Part shown: one piece after another, positions 58,510 through 64,000 of the stretch
Position numbering within the stretch: position 1 is the first letter of the stretch
Layout: every line of letters begins with the position of its first letter
NCBI GenBank assembly: GCA_038215705.1
Contig: JBBQQQ010000012.1
Coordinates: 6,523 to 70,522, forward strand
DNA from: Bacteroidia bacterium
GTDB taxonomy: Bacteria; Bacteroidota; Bacteroidia; AKYH767-A; OLB10
Length of the DNA stretch: 64,000 nt
Reading direction: 5' to 3'
Made by a program: the position numbers and the translations under genes
Notes under the pieces: model-generated
Told to the model about the DNA's origin: nothing
Database searches by the model: none
Seen by the model: the letters and a program-made list of their open reading frames with translations, nothing else

Positions 58510-58884
58510 ATGAAGAAGCTGGTAGCCATTTTATTATTAAGTTTGATATCGTGGTCGTTTATTAAACCAGTTGCACATTTTTTTATAAATAGTTTTTCTT
58601 TTTCCGTTTGGGAAAGTTCTCACACCCATAAAATGGAAAATATGCCTGTGAGGTCCAATTGGTTGAATGTTTTAAGTGACCTTGCTGAAAATAATAATCA
58701 GACCGCAAATAATGCAAAATCTGATTCAATTAACCAGATCAATTTTTCCGTTTTAGGAATAGTTTCAACTTTTTCACATATTTATTTTGTTGAAGATCCT
58801 GTTCGCAATACCATTAATCAGTGTTTTTCTTTTGTTCCTTCTGTTTTTAGTAAAATCAATACACCTCCTCCTAAATCGAGTTGA
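58510..58884 (+). CDS. hypothetical small exported protein
   Basis: Started at MKKLVAILLLSLISWSF (signal-like). No recognisable motif, so coding status is uncertain. Confidence 0.35.
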   Translation: MKKLVAILLLSLISWSFIKPVAHFFINSFSFSVWESSHTHKMENMPVRSNWLNVLSDLAENNNQTANNAKSDSINQINFSVLGIVSTFSHIYFVEDPVRNTINQCFSFVPSVFSKINTPPPKSS

Positions 58885-58885
58885 C

Positions 58886-58894
58886 CCCCCCCCT
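58886..58894. repeat. C9 homopolymer tract
   Basis: Nine consecutive C immediately after the TGA at 58882..58884 and 83 nt upstream of the receptor ATG 58977. Confidence 0.95.
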
Positions 58895-58976
58895 TACAGG
58901 TAGTAACACCAAAATTTTTATTGTAAATTCTTAATTCCGGTACAGACCGGTAGATCTTCTTTATTTAATAAATTTT

Positions 58977-61292
58977 ATGAAAACTATATACCAATACTTT
59001 AGCAGAGTTTTTATTGCATTATTATTATTAGGTTCCTTTAGCGAATCGGTTGCCCAAAGTGCGACACTGAAAGGGAGTGTGACTGATTCTGAAACAGGAA
59101 TTCCCATTGATAATGTGGTGGTGAGTATAAAACAAATTAATACTCATTCACATACAGATTCTTCTGGAAATTTCCTGTTCCTGAATGTTGCTCCGGGTAC
59201 ATATGATGTTGATTTTAATAAAATTGGTTATTTACGGAACAATGCTGTTGTAACCATTGCCAATGGAGAGATAAAAATAATAAACATCACTATGGTATTT
59301 CATGCGCTAACACTGCCGGCAATCGGAATCGAAATCGACAGGCCGGTCACCGCTGCTTCATCAACCTACCTGAGCAAGCTCGATTTTGAAAATCGGCCTA
59401 AAAATTCCGCTCAGGATATGTTGAAACTTGTACCCGGTTTATTTATTGCTCAACATGCCGGTGGAGGTAAAGCGGAGCAATTGCTTATACGGGGGTTCGA
59501 CTGTGATCACGGTACGGATGTAGCTACTTATGTTGATGGCATTCCTGTAAACATGCCCAGTCATGGTCATGGTCAGGGTTACGAAGATCTTCATTTTTTG
59601 ATTCCGGAAACTGTAGCAGGTATGGAGATTTTTAAAGGACCCTATTCTCCGTTATACGGAAATTTTGCAACGGGTGCAGCGGTCAGGTTTAATACGCTTG
59701 ATTCATTACAGGACAATATTATACAGTTAGAATCAGGTTTTGTGCCCGAGGTAGATGATATTGCCGCTTTCAGAGGTTTGGCAATGCTGAAAATGCCTGT
59801 TATTTCCACTAAAATTTCGTCTTATTTTGCGACTGAGGTTATTAATAACCGTGGTTATTTTGAAGAGAGTCAACAATTCAAAAGAGTGAATGTATTTTCC
59901 AAAACGACATTCGATATTAATCAGTTCAGCAAGTTGCAATTTTCGGTTTCAGGTTTCGGTTCTTCGTGGAATGCTTCCGGACAAATTCCTGAACGGGCAG
60001 TTAAAAATGGTTTAATAACCCGTTTTGGTAGTATTGTTAACACTGAAGGAGGAACCACTCAGCGAAATAATGTAAATTTAATCTATAAAACCCTACTGGG
60101 CAGTTCTGAATTTGTATCACAGGTGTATGCTTGTGATTATAAATTTAAGTTGTATTCAAATTTTACATTCTTTTTTGATGATCCCATCAATGGCGATGAA
60201 ATCGAACAGGTGGATCAGCGAACGGTACGTGGATTCAATGCCCATTATACCATTGCTCACCCTCTGGGCAAGTTGAAAAACAGCTTTACCATGGGAGTTT
60301 CTTTTCGCGCAGATGATATTGAAAACGAACTGTGGCATTCTAAAAACAGGATGCGGTTAGCGGCTCGTGCACGGGCAAATATTATTGAAAGGGCCACCGG
60401 ATTATGGGCGAATGAGATATTTCGATTCAACGATCATTTTCGTTTGGAATTAGGTGCGCGATTTGACTATTTTATATTTGATGTGGAAGATTTGTTACCA
60501 ACAGATTCCTTACGTACCAATTATTCCGGTTATAATTACCAGACTTTAGTAAGTCCTAAAATTAATTTTAGCTAATCGCCATCCTCCCGGTTGCAATTTT
60601 TTTTAAATGCCGGTAATGGTTTCCTCTCAAACGATGCGCGTTCCGTTGTTCAGCAACCACGAAATCATCAATTGCCGCTGGCACCGGGTGCAGAGGTTGG
60701 TTCATTAATGCATCTCTCCAACAGGTTGGTAGTATCTGCTGCACTGTGGTGGCTGGATTTGGAAAATGAATTAGTTTATGTCGGGGATGTTGGAGCAACA
60801 GAAAATAAGGGAGCAAGTCGGAGGGTCGGAATAGATTTTAGTGCGAGGCTACAAATAGTAAATTGGTTATTTGCCGATGGAGACTTTAATATTTCCAGAA
60901 ATCGTTTTACAGATGAAATTTTTGGAACCGAATTAAAGGAGAATTATTATATACCCCTGGCCCCAATTATTTCTTCTGCAGGTGGACTCACAGCTCAATG
61001 CAAAAATGGATTGGAAATCGGTTTACGTTACCGGTATCTTTCTTCACGCCCGGCTAATGAAACAAACACTATAAAAGCTCGAGGTTATACTATTCTTGAT
61101 TTTTCGGCTCATTATAAATTGAAAAATTTCAAATTGGGATTTGTAATTGAAAATCTTGCAAACAGGGAGTGGAATGAAGCGCAATTTGCAACTGAAACGA
61201 GAATGTTTAATGAAACTACATCCGTTGATGAGTTGCATTTCACTCCCGGCACACCGATTTCAGGTAAATTCACTGCAGGCTACCTATTTTAA
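58977..61292 (+). pseudogene. TonB-dependent receptor (CarboxypepD_reg plus plug plus barrel) broken by one in-frame TAA
   Basis: ORFs 58977..60575 and 60591..61292 are in the same frame. The read-through sequence is ...SPKINFS-TAA(60573..60575)-SPSSRLQFFLNAGNGFLSNDARS..., and the C-terminus ends ...GKFTAGYLF (terminal aromatic residue of TBDR barrels). Confidence 0.8.
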
Positions 61293-61502
61293 CCGCAACT
61301 TATATTTTAAAAGCTTTCCACAACATACTCATTGAATGCTATAATTATTCCCAGTTATTAATTCGAAAACCAAACAATAGATTCAGGCATCATAATAAAA
61401 GTCATGATGAATTGTGTAGTAAAAGAAATATTCGAGAACTATTCTAATTGCAGCTTAGTGTACTAAAGTTAAGAATAATAGAAAAATTGGATTTCAGTAT
61501 TG

Positions 61503-62162
61503 TTAAACGTTAAAAAAAGTTCTTTCAATCGTCCAGTATAATGCGATGCAACCAATTAATCCGGAAGCAGGAATAACAATTCTTTCGTGATACCAGGTTT
61601 TTTGCTTAAACCAATAGGCAATAAATAACCAGGCAAGAGCAATTACAGCTATCTGCCCTGCTTCAACACCCAGGTTAAACATTAATAACGAAGAAATATA
61701 GCTTTCCGGTGGAAGTCCTACATCCGTTAAAGCGGATGCGAAACCGCATCCATGAATTAATCCGAATATAAAAACAATAATTAACCGCCACCATTTTAAT
61801 TGTTGAGTAAATATATTTTCTATTGCAATAAATAATATAGATAATGCAATTATTGGCTCTACAATTGAGGCATCAGTCTGAATCATCCCTCCCATTGAAA
61901 GTCCAAGAGTAATGCAATGGGCGATTGTAAAAATTGTAGTTTGCGCTATTACCGACTTAATCGACGGATTTAAAAAAAATAAGCCCAAAACGAATAAAAT
62001 ATGATCAAAACCATATGGGAGAATGTGCTGAAATCCTATTTTAAAGTAAACCCAGCCGGTTTCTATATTTGACAATCCCGCTAAATCGTATCCAAATGCA
62101 TGTGCTGCAAGGGTTCTTGAGATTAGCATTAATGCACACAGAACAAAAAGCATTTTTTTCAT
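61503..62162 (-). CDS. HupE/UreJ family metal-transport membrane protein
   Basis: GFQHILPYGFDHILFVLGL signature and six TM segments after a signal peptide. Confidence 0.65.
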   Translation of the reverse strand: MKKMLFVLCALMLISRTLAAHAFGYDLAGLSNIETGWVYFKIGFQHILPYGFDHILFVLGLFFLNPSIKSVIAQTTIFTIAHCITLGLSMGGMIQTDASIVEPIIALSILFIAIENIFTQQLKWWRLIIVFIFGLIHGCGFASALTDVGLPPESYISSLLMFNLGVEAGQIAVIALAWLFIAYWFKQKTWYHERIVIPASGLIGCIALYWTIERTFFNV

Positions 62163-62182
62163 AGTGTTTCAAAATTAATGGG

Positions 62183-63526
62183 TTAATCAGATGCTATTGC
62201 CGGATCGTTATCCAAAATATTTTTTCCTTCCCAATGCAGGTCTGCCGTTATCTGCTTATTAATGTTCATTGATTCTTTAAGGAGTTTTTTTGCCGCTAAA
62301 GTGTTTCCTGCTTTAGCTTTGATTAAACCAGCCCTATATAATAGCAAAGGATTTTTAGAATTGGTTCGCATAGCTTTATCAATTAAGTCATTTGCTTTAT
62401 CATACTGGCCCCTGCGATAATGGACCCAGGCAAGAGTTTCAGAAATTTCAATATTATCAGGCCTTCTGTTATATTCTGTAAGTGCATGACTTAATGCTTT
62501 ATTGTATTGATATGTTTTTAAATACAACAACGCTAATTCTTTATCGGAATAATGTCCGTGATTTGATTCCGACTCATCGGCTTCATCATGACTTAAATAT
62601 TGAATTGCCTCTTTAAGTTGTTTCGTTGCCGATTCATGGTCGAACATAGCCATATATACTCCGGCGAGTTCCTCACTAAAATAAAAATCATGAAGATTAT
62701 TTTTGGCATTGGTAAAGTATTTTATTGATTCGTTGTAATTTTTATTGTATTTTTCAATTCTGCCCATTCCTGCCTGTGCATATGCGAAATGAGGCCGGTG
62801 AATTAACGAAATTTGATAAAGTGCAGTTGCTTCTGCAAAATTTCCCTGGATTTCATTTAAATATCCTACGTAAACCCTGGCCCATTCCGTTTGTTCAGTA
62901 CCCGGAATACCTGACTGAACTGCCATTTCCATTGCCTGAATTGCGCCATTTGTATCTCCAAATATTTCTCTAAGATAGGAAACACGGGAATAAGAACGAA
63001 GATCAGGTCGGATCATTACCATTTTATCTGCTGATTCTATTGCTGATTCGTATAAGCCTAATTCAACATACGCATCGGTGAGAATACCATAACCATATGC
63101 GCTGTAATCATTTAATTCAATTACTTTTTTCCCAACTTCAAGCGCTTCGGCAAAATGATGCTGTGATAATAATATAGTGGCTTTTCCACAAAGAGCTTCA
63201 TAATTGTCGGGTTGATCCATTAGCAGATCATCGAGTAATTGCAGGGCCGCACCATCATAGTAACCGTGATTGCCACTAATTCGTGATTCCTGTATATAAG
63301 CGAGTGCCAACTGGAGTTTCGCTTTATTATTATTTGGATCTTTTCTAAGATCGCTTAATAATTTTTCTATTGCGGATTTGGTATTGAACCATTCAGAAGA
63401 GTTCGAAATTGATCCTGTTCGTTCAACAAGTCTATTTTCCGGGATTACTTCTTTCTTCTTATTTAGAATCAATACAAAAACACATGATAGTATGATCAGT
63501 ACTGATATTACATATTTAATCTTCAT
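62183..63526 (-). CDS. TPR-repeat protein, N-terminally anchored
   Basis: Multiple TPR units. ATG 63526 (MKIKYVISVLIIL) is preferred because the GTG at 63553 lies inside the upstream gene's terminator hairpin. Confidence 0.7.
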   Translation of the reverse strand: MKIKYVISVLIILSCVFVLILNKKKEVIPENRLVERTGSISNSSEWFNTKSAIEKLLSDLRKDPNNNKAKLQLALAYIQESRISGNHGYYDGAALQLLDDLLMDQPDNYEALCGKATILLSQHHFAEALEVGKKVIELNDYSAYGYGILTDAYVELGLYESAIESADKMVMIRPDLRSYSRVSYLREIFGDTNGAIQAMEMAVQSGIPGTEQTEWARVYVGYLNEIQGNFAEATALYQISLIHRPHFAYAQAGMGRIEKYNKNYNESIKYFTNAKNNLHDFYFSEELAGVYMAMFDHESATKQLKEAIQYLSHDEADESESNHGHYSDKELALLYLKTYQYNKALSHALTEYNRRPDNIEISETLAWVHYRRGQYDKANDLIDKAMRTNSKNPLLLYRAGLIKAKAGNTLAAKKLLKESMNINKQITADLHWEGKNILDNDPAIASD

Positions 63527-63543
63527 AAATAGAATTTTTAAAA

Positions 63544-63578
63544 GAAAAAACACCTGCGGGGATTAATCCGCAGGTGTT
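63544..63578 (-). terminator. rho-independent terminator of the 63588.. gene
   Basis: Perfect 11-bp arms AACACCTGCGG/CCGCAGGTGTT, followed by a T-run on the minus strand. Confidence 0.8.
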
Positions 63579-63587
63579 TTGGCAAAC

Positions 63588-64000
63588 TTATTTATTAACT
63601 ACAAACTTAATTGATTGAACAGTTTTATTGTTATTCGCAAGTACTGCATAGTAAATTCCATTGGTAAATTTGGTTAGATTCAGGTTTATATTCTGAAGAC
63701 CTTTTTCTCTCGTCTCATTATTGACAGGAATGGCAACAATTTTTCCATTGGTATCATAAATAGTGAGTTTTACCTTTGATTTAACTCCAAGTAAAATTCG
63801 TACTGTACTTGTATTTATTGCAGGATTTGGAAACAGTTCCATCATCATAGGAGGTGATGCAATGTTTAATTCAGCTCCGGGGTTTAATGCAGTTACAATT
63901 GAACCTCCTGCACATAAACCATATCCGCTCCAGGGTGTCTGTACGTAGGGAAATATCCATTTGAATGATGTGTCATTGGATTCTATTCCGGTTGTGTAAC
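63588..64000 (-). CDS. C-terminal part of a T9SS type-A cargo protein (gene enters from beyond the window end)
   Basis: The minus-strand frame stays open from 64000 down to the stop at 63588. The C-terminus ELFPNPAINTSTVRIL...FTNGIYYAVLANNNKTVQSIKFVVNK is a Por tail. Confidence 0.75.
   Translation of the reverse strand, partial: YTTGIESNDTSFKWIFPYVQTPWSGYGLCAGGSIVTALNPGAELNIASPPMMMELFPNPAINTSTVRILLGVKSKVKLTIYDTNGKIVAIPVNNETREKGLQNINLNLTKFTNGIYYAVLANNNKTVQSIKFVVNK

Overview
This 64-kb chromosomal segment has the hallmarks of a Bacteroidota genome. It carries T9SS type-A and type-B C-terminal sorting domains, an SprE/PorW-like TPR lipoprotein, CarboxypepD_reg-type TonB-dependent receptors and recurrent TAnnTTTG -7 promoter boxes. 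It also holds an F-ATPase operon atpB-E-F-H-A-G with no atpD/atpC. Most of the window is housekeeping: rluF, rluB, metG, tRNA-Arg(CCU), dnaG, a polyprenyl synthase, rseP, dxr, the atp operon and sufE plus DUF59. Accessory content includes an AT-rich Type II restriction-modification pair, an HTH-fused C5 cytosine methyltransferase with a convergent overlapping nuclease, wedged between rluB and yraN. Other accessory genes are a polysaccharide-modification cluster, a sulfotransferase/GNAT-like pair, a GH16 and several T9SS cargo genes. A co-directional radical-SAM/SPASM, PAS histidine kinase, REC-Crp regulator and T9SS type-B cargo block is also present. I did not find a multi-gene cluster of unknown proteins that convincingly looks like a new system. 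The most unusual signals are non-coding. (1) A 5.3-copy tandem satellite of about 157 bp grows out of the 3' end of tRNA-Arg(CCU), and every unit ends in a mimic of the tRNA T-arm/acceptor 3' strand. (2) Heptamer and 12-mer GTCAnnn micro-repeats recur in several intergenic regions, including inside the dxr-rseP spacer. (3) A 208-bp-offset tandem duplication carries long-range stems. (4) Two otherwise intact genes, a TonB-dependent receptor and a small 4-TM protein, are each broken by a single in-frame TAA. (5) A C9 tract sits upstream of the broken receptor. All functional calls come from motif recognition by eye. No database searches were run.
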